Shown here in pieces: positions 19,483 through 28,431 of a DNA stretch of 64,000 nucleotides. The stretch comes from Clostridia bacterium (GTDB lineage Bacteria; Bacillota; Clostridia; Oscillospirales; Acutalibacteraceae). The DNA lies in assembly GCA_017442225.1 (NCBI GenBank), contig JAFSAR010000010.1:30306-94305 (forward strand), written 5' to 3'. A program made the translations under genes and the position numbers. Positions within the stretch are counted from its first letter, which is position 1; every line of letters starts with the position of its first letter. The notes under the pieces were generated by a model. It saw only the letters and a list, made by a program, of their open reading frames with translations, searched no databases and had not been told where the DNA came from.

Positions 19483-20076
19483 TTATTTATTAATTTTAAA
19501 GCTGTGACCGTCACGGTTAATTAGTCCTTTTGACTGTAAAGATTCGATATCACGGTAGATACTTGTACGTCCTACGTTTAGCCGTCTGGCAAGCTCTGCC
19601 ATACCAAACCCCAGTGTTACGACGCCGTTACCGTCAGACTGGGATAGCAAGAATTCATAAAGTCGTTCTTCGGTAGATTTTGCAGTAAATGCATCAAGCT
19701 TGCGATTTAAAAAACGTATTCTGTCACTAAGATATTCGATATAGTTAAGTGATATTTGCGGATATTGTTTTATAAGAGAAGCAAAGGTCTGCTCGTTTAT
19801 ATACAAAACGCAGCAATCTTCTTTTGCAATAATACTGCTCATACCTTCTTTCCAGTTACCGAATACACTTGCCGCGCCAAAAAGCTCGCCGCCTGACATT
19901 GTACGTATAGTAATACTGTCGCCAATGTCATTAAGGCGTTTTACAGTAGCCGTACCGCTTATGATAATGCCAATCATACCGTTACGGTAAAGCTGATCGC
20001 CTTTTGATATTTTTTGCGCATCGCCAAGCAATAAAGCGATAGAGTTGATATCTTTCTCGCATAGTCCTTCAAACAA
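19483..20076 (-). CDS. Crp/Fnr family transcriptional regulator
   Basis: cNMP-binding-like beta-roll (GELFGAASVFG) plus a C-terminal HTH (MAELARRLNVGRTSIYRDIESLQSKGLI). TTG start, position uncertain. Confidence 0.85.
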   Translation of the reverse strand: MFEGLCEKDINSIALLLGDAQKISKGDQLYRNGMIGIIISGTATVKRLNDIGDSITIRTMSGGELFGAASVFGNWKEGMSSIIAKEDCCVLYINEQTFASLIKQYPQISLNYIEYLSDRIRFLNRKLDAFTAKSTEERLYEFLLSQSDGNGVVTLGFGMAELARRLNVGRTSIYRDIESLQSKGLINRDGHSFKINK

Positions 20077-20113
20077 AAAACAGTTAATTGGTCACACCTC
20101 CAATTTACGAATT

Positions 20114-20131
20114 GTGTTCCAAATAGAACAC
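20114..20131. promoter_or_regulatory. Inverted repeat GTGTTC-N6-GAACAC just downstream of the predicted Crp/Fnr-gene -10 (candidate operator)
   Basis: Perfect 6-6-6 palindrome. On the minus strand it follows a TTGCTT-16-TATAAT promoter (20141-20168). Confidence 0.3.
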
Positions 20132-20162
20132 TTTAATTATATTATACACAAAACAATTAAAA

Positions 20163-20188
20163 AAGCAAGATGAAATTTCATCTTGCTT
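20163..20188 (-). terminator. Rho-independent terminator after the fumarate hydratase beta-type gene
   Basis: Perfect palindrome AAGCAAGATGAAA/TTTCATCTTGCTT followed on the minus strand by TTTTTT. Confidence 0.75.
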
Positions 20189-20198
20189 TAAAAAATTT

Positions 20199-20729
20199 TT
20201 ATCTTTCAAAAATATTTCCGCCCTTGCAGTCAATACCGACAATAAGCGGGAAATCTTGAAATTCGAGTTCTTTTACCGATTCACAGCCCAAATCTTCAAA
20301 GGCAATAACTCGGCTTGATTTTATATGATCGACCGCCAACGCGCCCGCGCCACCAATGGCGCAAAGATAAACTGCTTTGTTTTTTATAATCGAGTCAATT
20401 ACTTTCTGATTTCGTTCGCCCTTACCAATTGTGGCGGTAAGGCCCATTTCGTGAAGACGTGGTGTATATGTGTCCATACGTGATGATGTTGTCGGTCCAC
20501 AGCTTCCTAATGATAGACCCTGTGGTGTGGGGGTGGGCCCTGCAAAGTATATAACCGAGTTGTTAATCGGGTAGGGTAGTTGTTTGCCTTGGTCTAATAA
20601 TTCAAATATACGCTTATGCGCGGCATCTCGGCTGGTGTAAACGATACCGCTTAAATACACTCTATCGCCAACACGAAGCTTTTCACAGTAGGCTTTAAGC
20701 TCGTTGGTATTTATGTAATATTCGTTCAT
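20199..20729 (-). CDS. Fe-S type hydro-lyase beta subunit (class I fumarate hydratase / L(+)-tartrate dehydratase C-terminal domain family)
   Basis: SRDAAHKR, GSCGPTTSSRMD and IGKGER motifs. 176 aa. Confidence 0.85.
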   Translation of the reverse strand: MNEYYINTNELKAYCEKLRVGDRVYLSGIVYTSRDAAHKRIFELLDQGKQLPYPINNSVIYFAGPTPTPQGLSLGSCGPTTSSRMDTYTPRLHEMGLTATIGKGERNQKVIDSIIKNKAVYLCAIGGAGALAVDHIKSSRVIAFEDLGCESVKELEFQDFPLIVGIDCKGGNIFER

Positions 20730-21283
20730 TTGTTTATATCAGCAAAAAGATTTTCAAACTGCTCTGTAAGCTCGCGGTTGTCGGTGTTTTTGGCACTTAT
20801 CTGTTCGCGCGCGGTGGTAAGCGATGTAACGAGGGTATCAACCTTGTTTACAAAATCATTTGAAGTCTGCATAATTTCTGCTTTAAGCGCGGCAAGTTGT
20901 TCGTGCGCATTGTCGATAGAGCTAAGATTTTTTTCTACCTCGCGGTTTGCAATATCGCGGTTTTCAGCAGAGTTTTGCATAACGGATTTTGCATTTGCCT
21001 GCGCCACAAGATAAAGCTTGCCAATGTTTTGTGAGAGGCGCTCAATCTCGTCATATTTGTCGGTATATTCCTTAAGTTGCGCTTCAACAGCCGCTTTTGC
21101 ATTTTTTACATCTTCAAGTTGGGTGTTTACATTTGCGAGAGTTTGATCAAGCGAATCAATTTTTTGATTTAGTTCGTTTTCTTTCTCAGAGAATTTTTTA
21201 TGCGATTCTTCGATATAACCAATAACATCATCACAGTTAAAACCAAACAGACTTTTTCTGAAACCAACAGACATTTTATTCAT
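20726..21283 (-). CDS. DivIVA-domain coiled-coil protein
   Basis: The N-terminal FRKSLFGFNCDDVIGYIEE resembles the DivIVA N-terminal motif. The rest is heptad-rich coiled coil. ATGA overlap with the downstream gene. Confidence 0.6.
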   Translation of the reverse strand: MNKMSVGFRKSLFGFNCDDVIGYIEESHKKFSEKENELNQKIDSLDQTLANVNTQLEDVKNAKAAVEAQLKEYTDKYDEIERLSQNIGKLYLVAQANAKSVMQNSAENRDIANREVEKNLSSIDNAHEQLAALKAEIMQTSNDFVNKVDTLVTSLTTAREQISAKNTDNRELTEQFENLFADINK

Positions 21284-21377
21284 CCCTTTATTTTAAATTT
21301 CCATACACAGAATATTATAGCAGATATTATCTCATTTTACAAGAAAAATATCTGCTATATGTATCTTTATGTGTTTT

Positions 21378-22625
21378 TTAGTCGAATTCAGGGTCGATAT
21401 CTAGCGTTGAAAAATAATCTTGCATGGTTTGTGCGCGGCGTATAAGTTGCACATTACCGTCGGGTTTTAACATAAGTTCGGCGCAACGCAATTTACCGTT
21501 GTAGTTATATCCCATTGAATGACCGTGCGCACCTGCATCGTGAATTGTCAAATAATCGCCAATATCTATCTGCGGCAATTCGCGTTCTACAGCAAATTTA
21601 TCATTATTTTCACAAAGTGAGCCTACAACATCAAATTTGCCGACTGCTTTTTCGTTTTCTTTACCCATAACGGTTATATGGTGATACGCGCCGTACATTG
21701 CAGGACGCATAAGATCACAACAGCTTGCATCTACACCGATATACTCTTTGTAAATATGTTTATAGTGAAGAGCCTTAGTCACAAGATAGCCATAAGGACC
21801 CGTTATGTAGCGGCCCATCTCGGTAAAGAGGGCTATTTCAAGTCCTGATGGGGTTATATATTCTTCATAAACTTGACGAACACCCTCACCGATAGCAAAA
21901 ATATCGACAGGCTCTTCGGTAGGTTTATAGGGTATACCGATACCGCCCGAAAGGTCAATAAATTCAACGTTTATATCAAGCTTTTCCTTAATTTCCAAGG
22001 CAAATTTAAATAGTTTTTTAGCAAGGCGAGGGTAATATTCCTCAACCAGTGAGCAGCTTGCGAGCATTGAATGAATACCAAAGTGCTTAATGCCCTTTTG
22101 TTTCAAAATTGAAAACGCTTCAAGTATCTGCTCGTGTGTCATACCGAATTTGGTGTCGTGTAAGTGACCCATAATATCATTGGTAATATTAAACTTACCG
22201 GGATTATATCGACAGCAAATTGTATCAGGTAGCGGGGCGATCTTTTCTAAAAATTCGATATGTGTAATGTCGTCAAGATTTATAATCGCGCCACAAGATA
22301 GAGCTGCTTTGTATTCTTCAACAGTAGTTTCGTTTGATGTGAAAATAATGTTTTTGCCGCTAATACCGCTTTTTTGTGAGAGCACAAGCTCGGGCACGGA
22401 GGCACAGTCGGTGCCGCAACCAAGCTCGTTTAAAAGGCGTAAAATTGCGGGGGTTGGAGTTGCTTTTACTGCAAAATATTCTTTAAATCCTTTGTTCCAA
22501 GAAAACGCTTTGTACAAATCGGTAACACAACGGCGAATACCCGCTTCATCATACACATAAAAAGGAGTAGGGTAGTTTTGTGACCAATTTTGGATATTTT
22601 CTTTAGTAAATGGAACTGATTTCAT
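21378..22625 (-). CDS. PLP-dependent decarboxylase, Orn/DAP/Arg decarboxylase family 2 (probable diaminopimelate decarboxylase)
   Basis: TPFYVYDE, the FAVKA PLP-lysine region, a GGGIGIPY-like glycine loop and the C-terminal CENNDKF..HDAGAHGHSMGYNYN. ATG at 22625 preferred (MKSVPF). Confidence 0.8.
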   Translation of the reverse strand: MKSVPFTKENIQNWSQNYPTPFYVYDEAGIRRCVTDLYKAFSWNKGFKEYFAVKATPTPAILRLLNELGCGTDCASVPELVLSQKSGISGKNIIFTSNETTVEEYKAALSCGAIINLDDITHIEFLEKIAPLPDTICCRYNPGKFNITNDIMGHLHDTKFGMTHEQILEAFSILKQKGIKHFGIHSMLASCSLVEEYYPRLAKKLFKFALEIKEKLDINVEFIDLSGGIGIPYKPTEEPVDIFAIGEGVRQVYEEYITPSGLEIALFTEMGRYITGPYGYLVTKALHYKHIYKEYIGVDASCCDLMRPAMYGAYHHITVMGKENEKAVGKFDVVGSLCENNDKFAVERELPQIDIGDYLTIHDAGAHGHSMGYNYNGKLRCAELMLKPDGNVQLIRRAQTMQDYFSTLDIDPEFD

Positions 22626-22727
22626 AAATATAACCACTTTTCTATAACAATAAGTATTACGATTTTACACAAAAAAGTGTAATGTGTCAAGTATTATGAA
22701 TTATTTTTAAATTTTTAAATATTTATA

Positions 22728-22756
22728 TTGATTTTTGAAAATAATACCAGTATAAT
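22728..22756 (+). promoter_or_regulatory. Sigma-A-type promoter for the PEP carboxykinase gene (TTGATT-17-TATAAT)
   Basis: TTGATT at 22728-22733 and TATAAT at 22751-22756. Confidence 0.5.
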
Positions 22757-22798
22757 ATAAACGGCAAAAATTTGTATTATTTTGTAAGGAGAATAACA

Positions 22799-24583
22799 AT
22801 GACCACTAATAAAACAGTATTAAAATGGCTTGATGAGATGAAAGAGCTTCTCACGCCTGACCAAGTTGTTTGGGTTGACGGTAGCCAAGAGCAGATTGAG
22901 GCTTTCCGCGCAGAAGCTTGTGAAATCGGTGAATTGCATAAACTTAATCAGGAAAAGCTTCCCGGTTGCTATTTGCATCGCACCAATCCTAATGACGTTG
23001 CTCGCGTAGAGGACAGAACCTTTATCTGCACAACCACTAAGGAAGAAGCAGGTCCTACAAACAACTGGTGTGACCCTGCCGAAATGTATAAAAAGCTATA
23101 TGATATTGCTCGTGGTAGCTACAAGGGTAAGACAATGTATGTTATCCCTTATTCAATGGGACCAATCGGTTCACCAATTGCTAAGATTGGTATTGAGGTA
23201 ACTGACTCTATCTACGTTGTTCTTAATATGGTAATTATGACCCGCGTTAGCCCCAAGGTTCTTGAGGTTTTAGGCGACAGTAATGACTGGGTACGCGGTT
23301 TGCACTCACGTTGTGACGTTGATCCTGAAAAGAGATATATCTGCCACTTCCCACAGGATAACACAATTATCTCTGTAAACTCTGGTTACGGCGGTAATGT
23401 TCTTCTTGGTAAAAAATGCTTTGCGCTTCGTATTGCTTCTTACCAAGGCTGGAAAGAGGGCTGGATGGCTGAGCATATGCTTATCCTCGGTCTTGAAAAC
23501 CCACAGGGCGAAGTTCGCTATATCGCTGCTGCATTCCCGTCTGCTTGCGGTAAGACCAACCTTGCAATGCTTATTCCACCCGAATATTTACGCGAAAAGG
23601 GCTACAAGATTTGGACAGTTGGTGACGACATCGCTTGGATGAAGATAGGTCCCGACGGAAGACTTTACGCTATCAACCCTGAAAACGGTTTCTTTGGCGT
23701 TGCTCCCGGTACCAACGTTCACTCTAACTTCAACGCACTCGAGTCTACTAAGAAGAACACCATCTTCACAAATGTTGCTCTTAACCTTGACGATAATACT
23801 GTTTGGTGGGAAGGTCTTGATAAGAATCCACCCGAAAACGCTCTTGAGTGGAAGGGTAATGCTTGGAATCCTTCGATGTTTGTAAAGGCAGACAAGTCAA
23901 CATACGCTGCTCATCCAAACTCACGTTTCACAGCTCCTGCTGAAAACTGCCCCTGTATCTCTGATGAGTTCAACAAGGGCGCAGGTGTTCCGATTTCGGC
24001 AATCGTATTTGGCGGTCGTCGTGCTAAGTGCGCTCCACTTGTATATCAATCAAAGGATTGGGTTAACGGTGTATTCGTAGGTTCTGCAATGGCTTCTGAA
24101 ACAACAGCAGCTGCCGCAGGCGCAGTAGGCGTTGTGCGTCGCGACCCAATGGCGATGCTTCCGTTCTGTGGTTACCACATGGGCGATTACTTTGCACACT
24201 GGCTTGAAATGGGCGAAAAGCTTGGTGACAAGGCTCCTAAGATTTTCAATGTTAACTGGTTCCGTACCGATGACGAAGGCAACTTTGTATGGCCAGGTTT
24301 TGGCGACAATATGCGCGTTCTCAACTGGATTATAGACCGTTGCGAAGGCAAGGCAACTGCAACCGAGACTGCTATCGGTTATATTCCACAGCCCGAAGAT
24401 ATCGACCTTACCGATCTTGATATGGATATTGAAACTCTTAAATCAATCCTTAAGGTTGATAAAGATGTTTGGACTAAGGAAGCCGAAGAGATTGAAGAGC
24501 ACTACAAGAAGTTTGGCGACAAGTTACCAACAGCACTTCGCGAACAGCTTGACAACCTCAAGGCAAACCTTGCTAAAATGTAA
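22799..24583 (+). CDS. pckG: Phosphoenolpyruvate carboxykinase (GTP)
   Basis: About 595 aa from the ATG at 22799 (AAGGAG RBS). GTP-PEPCK motifs FPSACGKTN, WMAEHMLI, GDDIAWM and NWFR. Confidence 0.93.
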   Translation: MTTNKTVLKWLDEMKELLTPDQVVWVDGSQEQIEAFRAEACEIGELHKLNQEKLPGCYLHRTNPNDVARVEDRTFICTTTKEEAGPTNNWCDPAEMYKKLYDIARGSYKGKTMYVIPYSMGPIGSPIAKIGIEVTDSIYVVLNMVIMTRVSPKVLEVLGDSNDWVRGLHSRCDVDPEKRYICHFPQDNTIISVNSGYGGNVLLGKKCFALRIASYQGWKEGWMAEHMLILGLENPQGEVRYIAAAFPSACGKTNLAMLIPPEYLREKGYKIWTVGDDIAWMKIGPDGRLYAINPENGFFGVAPGTNVHSNFNALESTKKNTIFTNVALNLDDNTVWWEGLDKNPPENALEWKGNAWNPSMFVKADKSTYAAHPNSRFTAPAENCPCISDEFNKGAGVPISAIVFGGRRAKCAPLVYQSKDWVNGVFVGSAMASETTAAAAGAVGVVRRDPMAMLPFCGYHMGDYFAHWLEMGEKLGDKAPKIFNVNWFRTDDEGNFVWPGFGDNMRVLNWIIDRCEGKATATETAIGYIPQPEDIDLTDLDMDIETLKSILKVDKDVWTKEAEEIEEHYKKFGDKLPTALREQLDNLKANLAKM

Positions 24584-24625
24584 TTTAATGCACAATGCTC
24601 AATGCATAATGCACAATTAAAAGAT

Positions 24626-24657
24626 AAGCACTCATCATAGAGATATGGTGAGTGCTT
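24626..24657. terminator. Hairpin between convergent pckG and the oxidoreductase gene
   Basis: AAGCACTCA..TGAGTGCTT stem with weak T-runs on both sides. Confidence 0.55.
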
Positions 24658-24681
24658 AGTTTATGTTTGCTTTTGAATAAA

Positions 24682-25986
24682 CTAATTGTGCATTGGTTTG
24701 TCGTCTGTCGCAGGTCCGTCGATAAGCTTGCCGTCTTTGGTGAACCGTGAGCCGTGGCAGGGGCAGTCCCATGTGTGTTCATATTTGTTATATTTAAGCG
24801 CACAGCCAAGATGGGGACAACGTGGAGTAGTTGGTGTAATGATGTTTAAAAACGATTCTAAGCCGTTTATGGCGAGCTGTGGGTGTAATATGCTACGCGA
24901 GGGTGAAAATACACTTGCATAACTATTTGACTTTTCTTGCACCAAATCACAAAGTATTTCTGCAGCTACCATAGCAGTAGTAAAGCCCCATTTGTTATAG
25001 CCTGTGGCGACAAAGAGATTTGGTGTGTTTTTTGAATAATTGCCTATATAGGCAATATCGTCGAGTGTCATACAGTCTTGTGTTGCCCATTTATACATAA
25101 TTTCAGCATTTGGGTAATGCCTTTTAGCAAATGCTTCAAGTTCTGCCCATGCACCGCCCGATCTACCTGTGCGGTGGCTACCGCCACCTATAAGTAGCAA
25201 ATCACCGTAATTTCTAAATGATAAGCCTTTTAAATCATGGTCAACATACATACCGCGGGTATCTTGCGCGTTTTTAAGCGCGATTACATAAGAGCGATGC
25301 TGATACATTTTTAGGAAATATGAGCCGTGCTTATTAAGAATAGGAAAATGCGTTGCAATAATTGCCTTTTTGAATTTGATTTTGCCACCGTTCGTTTCAG
25401 CATAATTAGGTGTCATATTTATAAGTTTTGTATTTTCTTTGATGTTAAGATTTTTTGACAGCTTATATAAAAAATCAAGAGGATGAATCTGCCCTTGATT
25501 TGTAAGTTTGAGAGCACCTAAAACACTGAACGGTAGGAGTGTTTTATTAACAAATTCCGCTTTTACATTTATTTTTTTATACGCGTTTAATTCACTTATT
25601 ATTTTTGTGACATCATTTGTTGAATAAATGTAAGCATCCTTTGTTTCAAAATTACAATTTAATTCATCGCATAAATTTTTGTAGTGTTGTATGGCGTTAC
25701 TATTGGCTTTATAATATAACTTTGCTGTATCAACGCCATATTTTTTAATGGTTTTATTATATATAAGACCGTGTTGTGCGGTTATTTTTGCGGTGGTGTT
25801 TTTTGTGATACCGCTGCAAATTTCTTTTGCTTCAATTAGTGTATAATCTACACCCGCTTTTTGTAACATATAGGCGCATAAAATGCCTGTTAAGCCGCCG
25901 CCGACAATCAATATGTCGGTATTTATATCGCCGTTTAAATTATTGAATTTTGGTTTTTTCGCTGTTTCAATCCACAATGATTGCAT
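24682..25986 (-). CDS. FAD-dependent oxidoreductase with a C-terminal Rieske [2Fe-2S] domain
   Basis: N-terminal dinucleotide fold ILIVGGGLTGILCA and C-terminal CPHLGC..(17)..CPCHGSRF. Confidence 0.85.
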   Translation of the reverse strand: MQSLWIETAKKPKFNNLNGDINTDILIVGGGLTGILCAYMLQKAGVDYTLIEAKEICSGITKNTTAKITAQHGLIYNKTIKKYGVDTAKLYYKANSNAIQHYKNLCDELNCNFETKDAYIYSTNDVTKIISELNAYKKINVKAEFVNKTLLPFSVLGALKLTNQGQIHPLDFLYKLSKNLNIKENTKLINMTPNYAETNGGKIKFKKAIIATHFPILNKHGSYFLKMYQHRSYVIALKNAQDTRGMYVDHDLKGLSFRNYGDLLLIGGGSHRTGRSGGAWAELEAFAKRHYPNAEIMYKWATQDCMTLDDIAYIGNYSKNTPNLFVATGYNKWGFTTAMVAAEILCDLVQEKSNSYASVFSPSRSILHPQLAINGLESFLNIITPTTPRCPHLGCALKYNKYEHTWDCPCHGSRFTKDGKLIDGPATDDKPMHN

Positions 25987-26063
25987 ACTATCACATCCTT
26001 GTGATTAGTATGTGCAAAAAAACCGCCAAACAAAAATGCTTGACGGTTTTACGTTTTAAATTT

Positions 26064-26495
26064 TTATAGCTTTGCTACATCAGCATCGGTAATAAGATGG
26101 AAACCTGCAGCTTCAAGCGCTGTTTCAGCAGATGAATTATCAGCAACACGAAGAACTACATAAGCGTGTTTTTCGGTACGTGACATAAATGCGTAAAGAT
26201 ATTCCATATTAATACCTTTTTCGTCAAGCACATTAAGCGCTTTTGAAAGCTTACCGGGTTCGTCGCCGATCTTTACACCGACAACATCGGTTGTCTTAAT
26301 TAGATAGCCTTCGTCTGCAAGAGTTTTAAGTGCTGTGTCATTATCGTTTACAATAAGACGAAGAATACCAAAATCTTGCGTATCGGCGATTGAAAGCGCC
26401 CGAATATTTACATTGTGCTTTGCAAGTGTATCGGTAATGTCAACCAAAGTACCTTGCTTGTTTTCTACAAAAACGGTTAATTGCTTAAGTGACAT
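26064..26495 (-). CDS. ACT domain-containing protein (tandem ACT)
   Basis: 143 aa with an ACT-like repeat pattern. Last gene of the ior/paaK operon, an arrangement common in anaerobes. Confidence 0.8.
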   Translation of the reverse strand: MSLKQLTVFVENKQGTLVDITDTLAKHNVNIRALSIADTQDFGILRLIVNDNDTALKTLADEGYLIKTTDVVGVKIGDEPGKLSKALNVLDEKGINMEYLYAFMSRTEKHAYVVLRVADNSSAETALEAAGFHLITDADVAKL

Positions 26496-26509
26496 AATCT
26501 CATCTCCTA

Positions 26510-27823
26510 TTAATCGTGTAGTTTGCGTTTATCAATAACGCGTACTGCTTTACCTTCACTTCTGGTAATGCTCTTTGGTGCTACAAGGTGAACGGCAGGG
26601 TTAATACCAAGCATTGTCTTCATAGCGTTTGCAAGTGATTTCTCAAGTGCTGTAATGCCGCCAACGGTATCGGTAAACTGGTCAGGATTCATTTCTACAT
26701 TAACCTCAAAGGTATCGGTATTGTTAACGCGATCAAGCACAATTTGATAGTTTGGCTGATAACCCTCATTAAGCAAAACAGTTTCAATTTGACTTGGGAA
26801 TACGTTAACACCACGAATAATCATCATATCGTCGCTTCTACCCATTGGCTTGCACATTTTTATAAATGTACGTCCGCATGAACACTCTTTACGTGTAAGC
26901 ACACAAATATCACGCGTGCGATAACGGAGTAGGGGGAATGCCTCTTTGTCGAGAGAGGTAAATACAAGCTCACCCTTGCTGCCTTCGGGTAAAACCTCAC
27001 CGGTATCGGGGTCGATTATTTCGGCTAAGAAATGGTCTTCGTTAATGTGCATACCGGTTTGTTCTTCACATTCAAAAGATACTCCGGGACCACTTGTTTC
27101 GGTAAGACCGTAAATATCGTAAGCCTTAATACCTAAAGTGTTTTGAATGTTTTGACGCATTTCTTCGGTCCATGGCTCCGCGCCAAAGATACCTGCTTTT
27201 AGCGGAATGGTATCCGGTGTATATCCCTTTTCAGTAAGAGATTCGCCAAGGTATGCCGCATAAGACGGTGTGCAACAAAGAATTGTTGCATTAAGGTCGG
27301 TCATAAATTGAATTTGGCGCTCGGTATTACCCGATGACATAGGAAGAGTCAAACAACCAACCTTATGTGAACCACCGTTGAGGCCCGGACCACCTGTAAA
27401 GAGTCCGTATCCGTAAGCTACTTGACAAACATCTTCGTTTGTTCCGCCTGCTGCTACAATGGCGCGTGCGCAACAATCTTCCCACAAATCAATGTCGTGC
27501 TGGGTATAAAAAGCAACAACGCGTCTGCCCGTGGTTCCTGATGTTGATTGAATTCGAACACATTCATTAAGCGGCTTTGCAAGCAGTCCGTAAGGATACG
27601 CATCACGTAAATCTGCCTTTGTTAAGAAGGGTAGCAGATGTAAATCCTCAATTCCGTGGATATCTTCGGGTTTTACACCCTTTTTATCCATCAAATCGCG
27701 GTAGTAAGGCACATTTTCATAAACGTGTTTTACCTGCTTTACCAATTTTTCTGATTGAAGCTTTTTGATGTCCTCGACGGGCATAGTTTCAATATCTTTT
27801 TGGTAGTAACGTTTTTCTTCCAT
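26510..27823 (-). CDS. paaK: Phenylacetate--CoA ligase family protein
   Basis: SSGTTG AMP-binding motif, YGLTE and the length and organisation typical of PaaK. ATG at 27823 preferred (MEEKRYY). Confidence 0.9.
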   Translation of the reverse strand: MEEKRYYQKDIETMPVEDIKKLQSEKLVKQVKHVYENVPYYRDLMDKKGVKPEDIHGIEDLHLLPFLTKADLRDAYPYGLLAKPLNECVRIQSTSGTTGRRVVAFYTQHDIDLWEDCCARAIVAAGGTNEDVCQVAYGYGLFTGGPGLNGGSHKVGCLTLPMSSGNTERQIQFMTDLNATILCCTPSYAAYLGESLTEKGYTPDTIPLKAGIFGAEPWTEEMRQNIQNTLGIKAYDIYGLTETSGPGVSFECEEQTGMHINEDHFLAEIIDPDTGEVLPEGSKGELVFTSLDKEAFPLLRYRTRDICVLTRKECSCGRTFIKMCKPMGRSDDMMIIRGVNVFPSQIETVLLNEGYQPNYQIVLDRVNNTDTFEVNVEMNPDQFTDTVGGITALEKSLANAMKTMLGINPAVHLVAPKSITRSEGKAVRVIDKRKLHD

Positions 27824-27843
27824 TTGAAACAACACCTTTCAGT

Positions 27844-28416
27844 TTAAGAATTAAATCCAAGGTCAAATGCCTTTTTATTCATTTCGACAAATTTTGGTGC
27901 AACGGTATTTTCAATAGCGGTAATCCATTTATCATAAGAAATACCAAACTGCTTTGCAACCTTACCCATAAGTACAATATTAACGGCTTTTGATGACCCA
28001 GCCTGTTCTGCAAGGCTTAAGGCGTCAAGTGCTTCTACCTTTAAACCTTTTGCCGTAAGTTCGTCAAGAACTTCGGTTGGATATTCTGCCGCGCCAATAA
28101 TTACAGGCATAGGATCAATCTGCTGTGTATTTACAACGATTAGACCGTCTTTGTTTAAATATTTAGCGTAGCGAGCAGCCTCTAATTTTTCAAAAGAGAT
28201 TATATAGTCGGCTTCACCCTCGGTGATAATAGGTGAGTAAACATTGTCACCAAAACGAACGTAGGTTACAACACTGCCACCGCGTTGACTCATACCGTGA
28301 ACCTCGCTTACCTTTACGTCATAACCTTCGTCAATAAGTAATCGTCCAAGTAATTTAGAGGCAAGCAAACTGCCTTGTCCGCCAACACCGACAATCATAA
28401 CATTTGTAGTTTTCAT
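27844..28416 (-). CDS. iorB: Indolepyruvate ferredoxin oxidoreductase, beta subunit
   Basis: VGVGGQGSLLASK motif, 190 aa, directly downstream of iorA. Confidence 0.9.
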   Translation of the reverse strand: MKTTNVMIVGVGGQGSLLASKLLGRLLIDEGYDVKVSEVHGMSQRGGSVVTYVRFGDNVYSPIITEGEADYIISFEKLEAARYAKYLNKDGLIVVNTQQIDPMPVIIGAAEYPTEVLDELTAKGLKVEALDALSLAEQAGSSKAVNIVLMGKVAKQFGISYDKWITAIENTVAPKFVEMNKKAFDLGFNS

Positions 28417-28431
28417 AATCTGCTTTCCTCC

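Noticed and set aside
24586-24695. Repeated AATGCACAAT words after pckG, and an inverted copy at the 3' end of the oxidoreductase gene
   Set aside because: These are short AT-rich repeats flanking an ordinary intergenic hairpin. One arm is coding sequence (..PMHN stop). Nothing points to function beyond termination.
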